DNA from: Schmidtea nova
Lineage: Eukaryota
DNA: 63,863 nucleotides
Direction of reading: 5' to 3'
Assembly (NCBI GenBank): GCA_044892505.1
Contig: CM097883.1
Coordinates: forward strand, 408,084,138 to 408,148,000
Every line of letters begins with the position of its first letter. Position 1 is the first letter of the stretch. The notes beneath the pieces were generated by a model. The model was not told the DNA's origin. It saw only the letters and a list, made by a program, of their open reading frames with translations, and searched no databases. Both the position numbers and the translations under genes were made by a program. Shown one piece after another: positions 11,711 through 22,991 of this stretch.

Positions 11711-12169
11711 TCAAATGTTGGATTTGCTTTGCATTGACAGACAATTTGATTTTGGGATAGACGATTTCAGATGATTTTTTCGTTGGACATTTTTTCTTCT
11801 CAGAAATGATTTTATGTGTTTCAGCATCTCTTCGCTAATTGGCAGTAAGTTGATTTCTTCCTCGTTTGATAGAATTTTCTCCATTATTGGCATTGTTGAA
11901 TCTTTTGATCGACATTCCAGCACCACCCTAGCGACGCCGTTCGCCGCTCTCATCCTTTTCACCTAGATTTCCTTTGAAATTTTCCACGAAGAGTTATTTT
12001 GAATTTCCTTGAATATTGTTCCGTCGTTTTCCAGAATCTCCACCAATCCTCTAAAAACCTGAATCTCCCATATTTCTTTTTTCTTTCTTATTAAAAATTC
12101 GGACAATTTGACGTTTGCGCAGCAACACATAAATAACCCCTGTATGTCGTATGCGGACGATTCATACAA
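11711..12169 (-). pseudogene. Unidentified ~150-codon reading frame with one premature stop
   Basis: ORFs 11963-12169 and 11711-11962 abut in the same frame, separated only by a TAG. Composition is coding-like. No family recognised. Confidence 0.45.
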
Positions 12170-12281
12170 TTCTTCAAAATTAAATACAAATTAAAATAAT
12201 AAAAATTAAAACAACCAAAAAAACATTTAAGTTAATGAAAAATCATCTAGTAGACTCAATTTTTAGACTCGAGATTTAATT

Positions 12282-12514
12282 GTGCGACAATTGCGCAAAG
12301 GTAGATAAGCACAGTTGCTTTTCCGTATCCACCAACAGCACGTCCTACTCTATCGACCAAGTCGCGATATTTATTGAATACAGGATGTTGCTTGTATGAA
12401 TTAGGTCTTCTGTGTCTGACTATCTTTCTTCAGCCCTTCAATTATCAACCATAGTGAAGGATGAGTGCACATGAAGAGTGATTGGATGCCATTATGCAAG
12501 CCTTCCACTGTTTG
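12282..12514 (-). mobile_element. MULE (Mutator-like) transposase C-terminal fragment
   Basis: Manual translation gives QTVEGLHNGIQSLFMCTHPSLWLIIEGLKKDSQTQK...KYRDLVDRVGRAVGGYGKATVLIYLCAIVAH, matching the typical invertebrate MULE tail (N..EGWHN....F...HP..W.FI..L.K....YL.AIA). Confidence 0.7.
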
Positions 12515-13717
12515 ATATAAAAATTATGATATAAAAAATTTTAATAATTATCTAAAAAACTTCATGTTTGCTTTTAAATTGAAATGTCAAACTCTTTTAA
12601 ACAGCTGTATTAAAAATTCCATTCCATTGTTTTCTTGGGCCGAGCAGGTCACCTAAAATGGAAAAAAAGAATTGAAATAATTAAAACCATAAATTAAGTA
12701 ATAATAAAATGAATCCAGAACGATCCAACGAAAACTGTAAAGATAACTAAAGATAACATAATATAAAAGAGAAACAAATTACTGATTAAGAATTAATGCC
12801 CGGAGAATTAGGAGGCCCCTCAGAATAGCACAATCTAGAACAAAATTATGAAAATAACTAGAAATAAGAAAATAATAGTACATTTTAATAATTCATTGAT
12901 CGAATTTTGACATATAATGCAGGATATTGCGATCTGTCGATCAAAAAATTAGAATAGATAAAATAAAAAGCTCATTTACCTTGAAAGGCCATTGGGTAGA
13001 CTCGATTAGTATAAATACTGAATCGAAAATCAGTAATAGCAGCATAATATTTTCAGACTAGTTTTAGATCGACTTCACTGATTCTAAACTATCATTAAAA
13101 CTTCTTCAGAACAAATTTGTTATTTAAAGTAATTTTGTATATTCCCATGATTTCATTCATAATATATTTTAATTCATTATGTATTTTGAAAGTTTATATT
13201 AAATATTATCGAAATACATCGTTCTCTGTAGCGAAAGCTGCGAGGGTGACTTCCGTCTACGTGGGGCTTTTTATCTCCACGAGATGGTAGGAAATATTAG
13301 ATTTGAATTCTTAAGAAGTTGCCGCAGGCTAGTAAAGATAACTTTGAAAGGTTTTTGCGAGCTCAAGTAATGTAAACTAGTTTTTTGTGTCTAATGTGGG
13401 ATGATACTGCAAGTATAAGACAAGTGAAAATATTTTTGATGTTCCATTGTAGAAGTAGTAAGGGGAAAGTGAACGGCTTTGCCAGAGTAGTTAAGTCGAG
13501 ATGTAGAATCAATTATGTCTATTCCATCAAGTCAGTGAGAAAGGGATACACGGGAGATATTTGTCCGGGGTAAAAGACACGAGTGGTCTAGGGTTTAAAT
13601 TATTATCTGTTATGGCTTTAGGGTGTTATAAACTTCGGCAAATTTGGGCTATGGCTTGAAAACTTGTTATTAATTTCAATTTGCGATTCTGGTTCATATC
13701 ACTATACTAGTTTAAAA

Positions 13718-14285
13718 TTATTGTAAAGTAAATGAAAACAAGGTTAAGAGATCAAAACACAGAATGAGTTCGACTATTCGTATTCGCACACCAATAAAGA
13801 AAATAATCATGGGCACAATACTCCTTCGACTCGGTAGGACTGAGAGGGAATCCGTAACTTCATCTTGTCTTGTCGGCTGGAACACCAACTTGCCCATTCC
13901 AATGAGGTCAGACATCGGGAGTCACTCTTTAAAAGCACATTATTGCATCCCGGTACCTTTCTTGGAGGGTCCACGAAGTATTTTGGATAGGTGGATGGCT
14001 AGACAAAGTCCACATCAATGGGTCATTCGGCACTGCCATGCTAGATGATTTTGTCCGGACTATCCCGATGGAGAGTAAATTTCGGTTCCAGTCCCTCCCC
14101 AGGAACATGTTCCGATGCTCTTCAAATATCTCCTGGGCTGGATCTGCTGGAAATTTCTTCAATGGCATTGCTATAAATAAATAATTGTCGTAGCTGGGTT
14201 CGGCTAATTCATCGTTATACTTCGATGGTTGACGAATCTTTCCACCTCTCGTTCTATCGAAAATTTGAGTATCGAAGTTGAACAT
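13718..14285 (-). pseudogene. Unidentified ~190-codon decayed ORF
   Basis: ORF 13929-14285 joins 13718-13915 through a 1-nt frameshift and one stop near 13925. It is a GC-richer island. No family recognised. Confidence 0.4.
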
Positions 14286-14449
14286 ATTGATGCTTATCTA
14301 GAGGTAAATCAAATTTTTATATGCAAACAAAACGGTATGTCCTTTCAGCTTTAATTCACGCCATTAAGAATTATTTAAATTTAGGACAATGAAAAAATCT
14401 TTAATCATTTTTTAATCCCATTTAAGCTTGTTATTAAAGATTTCAACAT

Positions 14450-14750
14450 TTTGGGCTAACAAAATGATATTTTTGACTTACAGTCTTGTGATAATAATCA
14501 TAATCTCTTTTTAATGCAGTGTAGGATTTTAAATCATTTCTGTGAATTATTGAACCTTCACGTATAACATTTGCAATTATAGGAGCATTGTTCAGCTGGT
14601 CTTATCAGATATGACAGTAGAAAATTCACGAAGTATGAATGACGTATCTACTAAACACAACACTCAAATTTGAATATTTGTTGATCTACAACGACATGCT
14701 TTGACCTTATGGCTGATCATTGTTTCGTCCACATGGACCTGGACCCCCAG
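14450..14750 (-). mobile_element. Merlin (IS1016/ISXO2-like) transposase catalytic-domain fragment
   Basis: Manual translation gives LGVQVHVDETMISHKVKACRCR...VLCLVDT...VISDKTS*TMLL / IANVIREGSIIHRNDLKSYTALKRDYDYYHKTVSQKYHFVSP, matching the ISXO2 pattern (VEIDES...I.PGSII.SD.W.AY..L...Y.H.TVNHS..FVDP). Confidence 0.75.
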
Positions 14751-15647
14751 TTTAATTTGATTTTGATCAAAATAAAATTTTACTTTTTTGATCATCTCCA
14801 TCCTCATTAAACCCAAAAAACCCTACTTTCGTCAACAAATTGCAGAATGTCATTCCATAGCTCTAACAGATAATTATGTTATAAATATCATTGGTTAATA
14901 TTCTGTATAATGATAATCAAACGATAATCAACTTGCATTTCTAATAGATTTTGTATTTTGGTAATTTACGAATTCATAATACATACACATACATTTATAT
15001 CCATGTATATTTATCTTTAAATATTTTTAGATTCATATTTTGATTGCAGTCAGTAATCACATTTCTGTTCATTGAATATGAATCCATTACAGGTTTTTCC
15101 TAAATGTTTAATCATTATTTCAAATTGTTTTATCATTTCAAATATTTAATCAATTTTACGAAATGTTTAATCATTAATCTTTTAATTATTTATAATTATT
15201 AATGAAGTCGTACCTGTAAAAAATAAGGATTTTGTTTGTTATAAAAATTGAAATATTAACAATAAAAAACACACACAAATAATTTATTAACACAGTTCCC
15301 TATCAATAGCTCTTCCAAGAAACTCTTGGATGTGTGAATAGAGACTTAAACAATGTCCAACAGTTATTTGGTGTTTATTTGCAATACAAACTAATAAGTC
15401 TTGTTTTCAATTAACATTTGAAGATTTTATCATTCCTTGTCGAATTGTCTAGGTTATTAGATCTTCTTACATTATTTGTGTCAGCTTGGTCTTCAGAGAT
15501 TTCGATGTTACATTCGTATTTTGGTTTTAAGTAGCTGGGTTCATATACTGCAATGATTTTTTCATTTTTAAATAATTATTTGTAATTTGTAATTATAATT
15601 TGCATAAATATATCTAATAATATAATTTTTATAAATAAATAACATGT

Positions 15648-15650
<3 letters not shown>

Positions 15651-15702
<52 letters not shown>
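15651..15702. repeat. (TA)n microsatellite attached to AT-rich module
   Basis: Perfect TA run. Confidence 0.97.
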
Positions 15703-15705
<3 letters not shown>

Positions 15706-16463
15706 GTAGATTTTCGAAGAGCCAAACCTGCGTATATGGCCATTGGGATCAATTGGTTCGGAACAGTCCCAACCACTTTGACTTTCATTGATCTTGGAGA
15801 TAGACATGTTACTTCTACGGCATGCATCCAGAAATGTAGATGCCGAGTAAGGAGATCTGTTGGATATGCAGAGGTCATGTCATGTATATAGTTGGAGTAG
15901 GAATCTTTTACTCCGATTTCTTCATCACCTTTAACAATGCGAATTGCGTCGTCGGCTACTCTTGTGTCCATAATGTATCCTAATACCTCTGTAGGTAATC
16001 GTCATGTTGCCTTTCCTATGTCAGAACGGCCTGTTATTATTGTGCAAGCACGTTGTCGGGACGGCACAGTTGAGATTCTAGCGGCAGCGTAAATGTTATT
16101 GGGAAATTTAGATAGAAACACAATCAACACTGCTATCAGTTTAGTATAGTTTGAGGGATTAGACAAACTACTTCTGAGTTTGGCAAATTGTATAAATTCA
16201 GAAATATCCATACTGAAGGGTGGTGACTTGAATACTACTAACACTGCGTCCGCTACTTTCACAATATACTGCTGATCGCCACTTTGGCGGACGAGCATCA
16301 CCCTATACATTGTTATTAAACCCTAAAAAAGACCCCACCTGGCCTTCTTACTATCCTCTACTTTCCCTATTGAGCCTCCAATCACTGATTTATAATATTC
16401 AATATCGAGTAGAGACAAAGGATTTATCTTATCCTCTTTTTCCGATAAGTATACCGTGGGGCC

Positions 16464-16468
<5 letters not shown>

Positions 16469-16552
<84 letters not shown>
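16469..16552. repeat. (TA)n microsatellite attached to AT-rich module
   Basis: Perfect TA run. Confidence 0.97.
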
Positions 16553-16555
<3 letters not shown>

Positions 16556-17719
16556 AAATAATTTATAATATAATTTATATACATAAATATATAGATGTAT
16601 ATAGATATATTTAATAAAATAATTATAATATAATTTGCATAAATATATCTAATAATATAATTTATATTGTAAATGCCTATGGAGGATGTAATAGGATATT
16701 TCAGCTATGTTATTTATGTAGTTATGTTTTTATTGGAAAACTGAAATGCCCAGCCGAGTCACCGGTAGAAAAACTGTCTTGGGACAGCTGGGGGTACGTG
16801 TTATGTATTTTTGTGCCTGTGTGCATGTGTATGTAGGTGAATGTAATCTGATAACCAACAACAAACTTTTAACCAATTAGTTTATTTAAAATATAACAGT
16901 AAAATTCAACAAAAGCTAAAAACGGGTACTCACGTATAATAATAGAATGTCAAAACAAAAGTCTGCGTTGTTTCTTTCTTTTCTAAAGTTTTCCAGATTT
17001 TTCAATTGGTAGGATCAAAAATTTCAGTTAATGTAGAATAATAGACGGTTAATACAAAAAGGGATGTGTCGTTTCTTTGTTTTGCCTGCTTTATGGAAAA
17101 ATCGGCGAAATCAGTTTTCTTTAATTCCAATAGTTCGTTTCTTTTTAATCTAAAATTTTCTGTCAATATCTTCTTCTTAATCGTTTTTATAATTATTTTG
17201 CAATTTTGTATATGCTGTATTTGTCTATATCACTCTTCAGTTATTAATTTCGATTGTCTATTTTCCATTCAATTCCAATTTAAGTTTATCAAATTGTCAT
17301 TGACAATTGATTTTTTGTTTTTATTGAAATTTTTAAATTATTATTTTTAATTTTTGTGTAATTTACCCGGCCCAACATAAATAAACAACATGTCAATTTA
17401 TATAGATTTATATATAGATGTATATAGATATATTTAATAAAATAATTTATAATATAATTTGCATAAATATATCTAATAATATAACATGTCAATTTATGTA
17501 GCATTTATAAATTCCCTAATATTAAATATATAGAAACTGAATCGAAATTAATAAATTTGGCTGAATAATTTTTCAATTTTTTAAAATAATTTTCAGAATT
17601 TGTATGAATGATGTAGAAATGACTTCTTCGTTTTGTTTATGACCATAGAATTGTTATAATACAATCATCTTAATAAAAATGATTTTATAATAGCAGATAT
17701 TCATCAAATCTTAAATAAG

Positions 17720-18500
17720 TCAAAATACAATTTCATAAGTATTTATATAAAAATGTCGAGATGTGAACTTGATGATACTCATTGTTTCCTACAACCTTGT
17801 TTCTCGCTGTGGACAGGGTTTGTCTACGGATTAATATGAACAACTTTGGTCACACTCAAATGTTAAAGGTAAAAGGCGTTCAATAGTATGGTTTTCATAA
17901 TGAGCTGCGATCTTTGAGCGATATAAGTAGTTGTGGAGCATTTTACATTGATCGAAGCATTGATTCAAGAGAAAAATTACTGAAGTTGTTTTGACAATTG
18001 CTGTGCACAAAACACGTTTGTAGCAGTGGCATGATTTTTACGTTGAAGTATTGTTTAAATTCTAGTTTGGACGCGACCATATTATGCATTCATAATACTT
18101 ACATAATCATTGTCTCCCTAGCTTAATCTCTTTCTGTGTTTTCAAAGTACGGTCTGTAAAAGAAGCTACACCTAACTGCATTTCCACATTCAATAAAGAT
18201 TCACATTTTCCACATTTCAAATTCCAATGAATATATTTCATCTATTATCATCTTTTTTGCAACGTCGCCATGTCGGTAACTTAGTATTAATTGAATTTAT
18301 TATTGAAGAGGAATGGAATTGTTCCTCTTTTGCCAGGTCATCCAGTTCGTCTGTCGTCTCGTCTTCCAAGAAAAAATACCAAGGGACATCTGGTGTTTTT
18401 TACTCTTCATTACATCCTCACGTACAATGTTAGCCACCAGCTTGATAATTACGCTATGTAATTCCAGAAAAGGATAGCTGGCGCTTTCACTTCTTTTCAA
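17720..18500 (-). pseudogene. Heavily decayed coding remnant, probably DNA-transposon derived
   Basis: Fragmented frames with an acidic tract (FLEDETTDELDDLAKEE), a CxxC (WNLKCGKCESLL) and ENHTIERLLPLTFECDQSC. Superfamily not assignable. Confidence 0.3.
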
Positions 18501-18763
18501 AGAGTGAATTCAAATAAGAATTAATTGTTTCATCCTTACATATTTTTCTCACTCTAACTATTTCCACACTCACTTTTCCAACTCATTTTCAATTTGGCGC
18601 TTAAAATTAAAACAAAAATAATTAAAATATCATTTAACTGAATTAAAATTTAGAAATGGCGGTTAAAAATTAAAATTTGAGAGCTAAAATTAAATAAAAA
18701 ATAACATTGACCTTTGACCTATATTACATCATAGTATGGTATGTGATATATAAAACCAAGGAT

Positions 18764-18811
<48 letters not shown>
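18764..18811. repeat. (CA)n(TA)n compound microsatellite
   Basis: Direct reading. Confidence 0.95.
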
Positions 18812-18815
<4 letters not shown>

Positions 18816-20675
18816 CCACGTGAAAAAAAGAGGTCCGTCTGTTCACTTTGTCTTACTTACGTTCACTCTGTATTTTTCTTTCCCTAATATGTAGTACTTG
18901 TTCAGCTTACAAACGTCAACTTTATTGGCCGTATCTGACCTTATTTAAAACTTTTGAAACTAAATATCTTGACATCGTTTTCAATTTGAATATGCTATAA
19001 GCAGATAATTTGTGCGTCATACTCATGTGATTTATAAAACCTCATTTCATAATTAAAACTATTGGGTACCCTTTGCCATACAACGTTGAAATTGTCTATA
19101 AGAAAGCAATTATTGTCAATTTTCTTACATTCATCGATCTTTGACAACATTTGTAGCTTATAAAAATTTATACAAATTACAATTATTTTGAAGAAATCAA
19201 ATATGAAAATGAAGGTCTTTAAAATAAGGAAATTTTACGAATTTCAGGAATTTTTATTTGTCAAACAATCTATTAGTTGAAATTTTGAAATCACGTTTCC
19301 GATCAAATTTTAATTGTAGAATATATTTTGAAATTTGAAATTTTGTTTAATTATATTCTTTTCATAGGACTTTGAGTCTATTGAGACTAACGTGATCGTA
19401 CCAATGAATTTAGCTTATCTTTACGTGAGACACTTACATTTATTTTAAAACTACTGTAATTAAGCTCTCATTTTGAAAAAGATTTGCACAAATTCATGGT
19501 TTAGTGTATAACTTTCCATATAAAACTTTGTGTGTATAATTCAAATGGCAAATTATAACATACTGAAATTATAATTACAATACAAATTTCAACAGTTTTA
19601 AACATAAATTTCATCTTAGCTGCGGGTATAAACACAGTTAAAAATTCGTAACATCTATGCATGCGATCCGCATCTAAGTGGTTAAATTCTAATATAATTG
19701 ATAACTTAAAACATTTTAAATTATCTCTTAAAATAAATTTCAACTTAAGTTACAAATTTTATTCGCTGCAAACTATGTGATATCATAACAACTCGGTAAA
19801 TTTTGTGTTTTATTTTGTTTTAACTATTATAGCCAATTTAAGTATCAGTTTTCTTTTTGAACATCTGAAATATATTAATTTGTGGAATACAGACTGAACT
19901 CCATTCTAATTATATTATGAGTTAAAATACTTTAAACATATTGAATATTTAGTCGAAGATAAATAATGAATGTTTAAAGGATCTGATGACGATCAAAGAT
20001 TGTGAATTATTAGCTTAATGTTTTTGTTGTTTTTATATTTTTATTTATGTTGTGAATGTATATAAAGAAGTTGGTTAGAACCCGAGAGTCTTCCAAGAAA
20101 AAAATAGTGTGGAGACACTCGGGGTGTGTGCTTATATAATGCAGGTTTACACAAGATTCAAATAACACTAGCTAATAATTAATAAAATTCAAGTAACAAA
20201 CAAATTATTACACAAAAGTTGTATTTATCAAATTAAAGGTATTAAATCCAACTCTAACAATCACGAAAAATTACTTGTAATATAAGTGGAACTATTTCTT
20301 TTGGCATAAAAAAAATCGGGTTTCAATCAATCCAGTTTAGACTTCTTTTCTTTTAGTAAAATTCTTCTTATAGTTTGTGATTAGTCTCCTTAGCTTCTTT
20401 GGAATTGTATTTTTTGTTTCTTTAGTTTTTCTTATTTGTGGCTTCTCACTATAGTTATTTTTTGCTTTGGTTGGTTCGTTTTCTTTTCCTTGACGCTGTT
20501 TTTAAATTTATATGGGTTGCTAATTTGTCAATTTGGCTTTTTGAATTTTCTTTTGCTTCTATCGTTGCTGCAATTGGATTTTGAATTTTTCTAGTAATAT
20601 TTATTTCCAGTAGTTTCTGTAGTTTGTTAATTGTTAGCTGTTTTTTTAATTAGGCTTTTAATTTTTAATATTTCT

Positions 20676-20715
20676 AATTTGGCTTACTATAGCATTTGCT
20701 ATAGTAAGCCAAATT
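20676..20715. repeat. Perfect 19-bp-arm inverted repeat with 2-nt loop
   Basis: AATTTGGCTTACTATAGCA-TT-TGCTATAGTAAGCCAAATT. Confidence 0.95.
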
Positions 20716-21378
20716 CAAATTTTAAACTAAAATTATAATTAGACGAAAAAATAAAATCTACATGCACGCAAATAAAAAAAAGGGGGTCCCCGGTGACCGC
20801 AAGGACACCGACCATAATAATGCCGCGCTAACAATGACAATCACGATAATAACAATAATAATCATAAAAATATCAACTAGGTATTATCAGTCGTAACTAG
20901 GAAAACGGGCCTAATTATTTTAAGAGTTTGTATAAGAGATCGTTTAATTCATCCCGTTATTTCGGTATCTCATGCCGCTAAAATATATATTTTTTAAAAT
21001 TAATTGTAAGAATACCAGTATGTCTTTGGCGAAAATATTAAGATACAGCATGTAGAGCCTCAAGGGATTACAATTACTGTATATTGCCTGTTATTTTACG
21101 TTTTCATATTATAAATTTCCTCATCGATGTATTCTACATCAGATTTTGATCACCCAAAATAATTAAAATAATAATTAAAATAATATTAGAAAAACTATAC
21201 TGATAATTTTTATTCTGATAAAAATTTAATTTTAAATATATTTCAAAAATTGCCCTCATACATCAATCTATACAATAAACAAAAACAGCTTTAACACTTT
21301 AATTACTCCAAAGCTTACCATCATTCTTTAAAGAGTTCGCTCTTCTAGATTTTACCACGCTCTGCTACCAATGGTTCT

Positions 21379-21640
21379 CCCAACGATTTCCTTTCTTTTT
21401 GGAGGCGTCCTTTCTCCATAGCTTTTAGCTTCCAAATTAATTCAATTTCCAAAATTCGAAAAGACGCTAAAAAACCAATCACGCTAAGCAATAATTACCA
21501 ATTAAATTTTTAAAAAACATATCCGCCAATATTAATTTAATTAACTCCGCTAAACAAAATCAAAACGCCCAAAATTAATTCACACAGCAAAAAAATTAAA
21601 TTCAAAATATTTTTAAAATTAATTAAATAATAATTAAAAT
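21379..21640 (-). repeat. Inverted, internally deleted copy of the repeat carrying the PSMA6 fragment
   Basis: The reverse complement of 21379-21435 matches 22898-22954 at 53/57 nt. About 21470-21520 matches about 22195-22235 (TTGCT.AGCGTGATT block). Confidence 0.8.
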
Positions 21641-21708
21641 AATTAATGGGGTGCTTGATCGCTGTGAGAGATTGTGGGGCGAGCCTGGAAGCCGTTAGAC
21701 GGTCTTAT

Positions 21709-21865
21709 TACGAACTCTAATAAATTTATGTTCTTCTCAATTGTAAATGGCCAACACTTTCTAAACACCATCTAGATCCATATGTTCCATTAAATGATGA
21801 AAGAACCACTACGAGTTATGCTAATAGCTGATACACATTTATTAGGCATACAAAAAGGCCACTAA
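21709..21865 (+). pseudogene. MPPE1: Metallophosphoesterase 1 (PGAP5) N-terminal gene fragment
   Basis: Reads YEL**IYVLLNCKWPTL... then, after a frameshift, KEPLRVMLIADTHLLGIQKGH*. This matches MPPE1 (EFLIYYLAIFQCNWP...LKAMFLADTHLLGE..GHW). Confidence 0.8.
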
Positions 21866-22414
21866 AGCAGTTGCAAATAAATTGCAAATAATCCGCCAAT
21901 GCCCATCATCCACACATTATTAAACACCTAGCGGTTTATACCCAGGTGAGAACTGGATTATTATGTCTGTGTGCGCGATGGTGATGGTGTAATGATTTTC
22001 TTGGCGTGCGCACACAGACGCAAGGATCTTCGAATCGCGATTAAAAGAATAATTGGGCAGTGAAACTCAATCGATGAGATTTATGGATTGAAATTTGATT
22101 TGTTAAAATGATTTTTTTTGGAAATTATTAAAAACATTTCAGATAATGGATATTTGTTTATCTGAATTAATTGATTTATTTAGGGCAGAATTAATTTTTA
22201 ATTTGTTAATTGCTGAGCGTGATTTGTATTGGAGTTTTTATGAATTATTTGGCGAACTGATGGCATTGTAGATTGATTTTGTTTATACGGATTTATTTTG
22301 GAGTGAATTTATGAATTAGAATGGAACTTTTGATTTAGCTTCGAATTTGGAATTGTAATTTATAGAATTAAATAGAATCTTCGACACTTGGAATTGTTAT
22401 TTTGAATTTTAAAT

Positions 22415-22925
22415 ATGAATAGTGAAATGTTTTTGGGCGCATTATTTCAGGTCGAATATGCATTTAAAGCGATTGCGTTAGATGGATTACTTTCTGTTGG
22501 TTTTCGAGGTAATGATTGTGGCGTAGTTGCTACACAAAGAAAAGTCCCAGATAAAATGAACGAAAAGAGTTCAGCTACAAGATTATTTAACATAACTGAA
22601 AGTACCGGTTGCGTTAGGACCGGAATGATTCCTGATTGCGAATCGCAAGTATGCCGTGCACAAATGGAAGCTGCACGATGTGAATGTAACTTTGATTTCG
22701 AAATGTCCTGTGACAGGATTTGTCGATGTATTGCCGATATTAATCAATTGTACACTCAATCAGCTGCAATGAGGCCATTAGGCTGTTCAATGATTCGATT
22801 TTCTTACGATAAGGAGATGGAGAAGCCACTTTTATTCAAAACCGATCCAAGTGGATTTGTAGCTGGTCGTCGAGCTGTTGCGGGCGGTGGAAAACAGTTG
22901 GAAGCTAAAAGCTTTTGAGAAAGGA
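22415..22925 (+). pseudogene. PSMA6: 20S proteasome subunit alpha type-6 (alpha1) fragment, intronless, truncated at both ends
   Basis: GALFQVEYAFKAI..G..SV..RG.DC.VV.TQ.KVPDK....RLF.ITE..GCV.TGM..D..SQV.RA...IADI.Q.YTQ.A.MRPLGC.MI...DPSG...KQLEAKSF matches PSMA6. It lacks the N-terminal FSPEG region and the last ~60 aa, and carries many Cys substitutions. Confidence 0.92.
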
Positions 22926-22991
22926 CGCCTCCTAAAAGAAAGGAAATCGGTGGGCGAATGATTCTTGTGAAATGATTCTTTTGCTTTTAAA

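Larger units (their letters stand above)
15300..17300 (-). pseudogene. Decayed spliced gene with P-loop NTPase-like motif (candidate SF3-type helicase)
   Basis: One frame runs 16468 to 15703 with two single stops (…KARWGLF*GLITMYRVML…CTIITGRSDIGKAT*RLPTEV…YIHDMTS…). Removing the 16469-16667 insertion restores LQ-Y-WRPH in frame. A GT-AG intron at 16848-16933 (GTGAGT donor) joins the next upstream exon in frame. Confidence 0.55.

Noticed and set aside
16660-16700. HUH rolling-circle endonuclease motif (ILHRHLQY) in the P-loop gene
   Set aside because: The middle residue is Arg rather than hydrophobic and motif I is not evident; too weak to call a Rep domain.
19501-19743. 80-codon ORF (…DADRMHRCYEFLTVFIPAAK…) as a gene
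   Set aside because: No recognisable family, no clear splice context, and TTG start in AT-rich DNA.
22415-22918. Functional PSMA6 gene
   Set aside because: It lacks the N-terminal and C-terminal parts, ends in a frameshift and stop, and has many radical substitutions.
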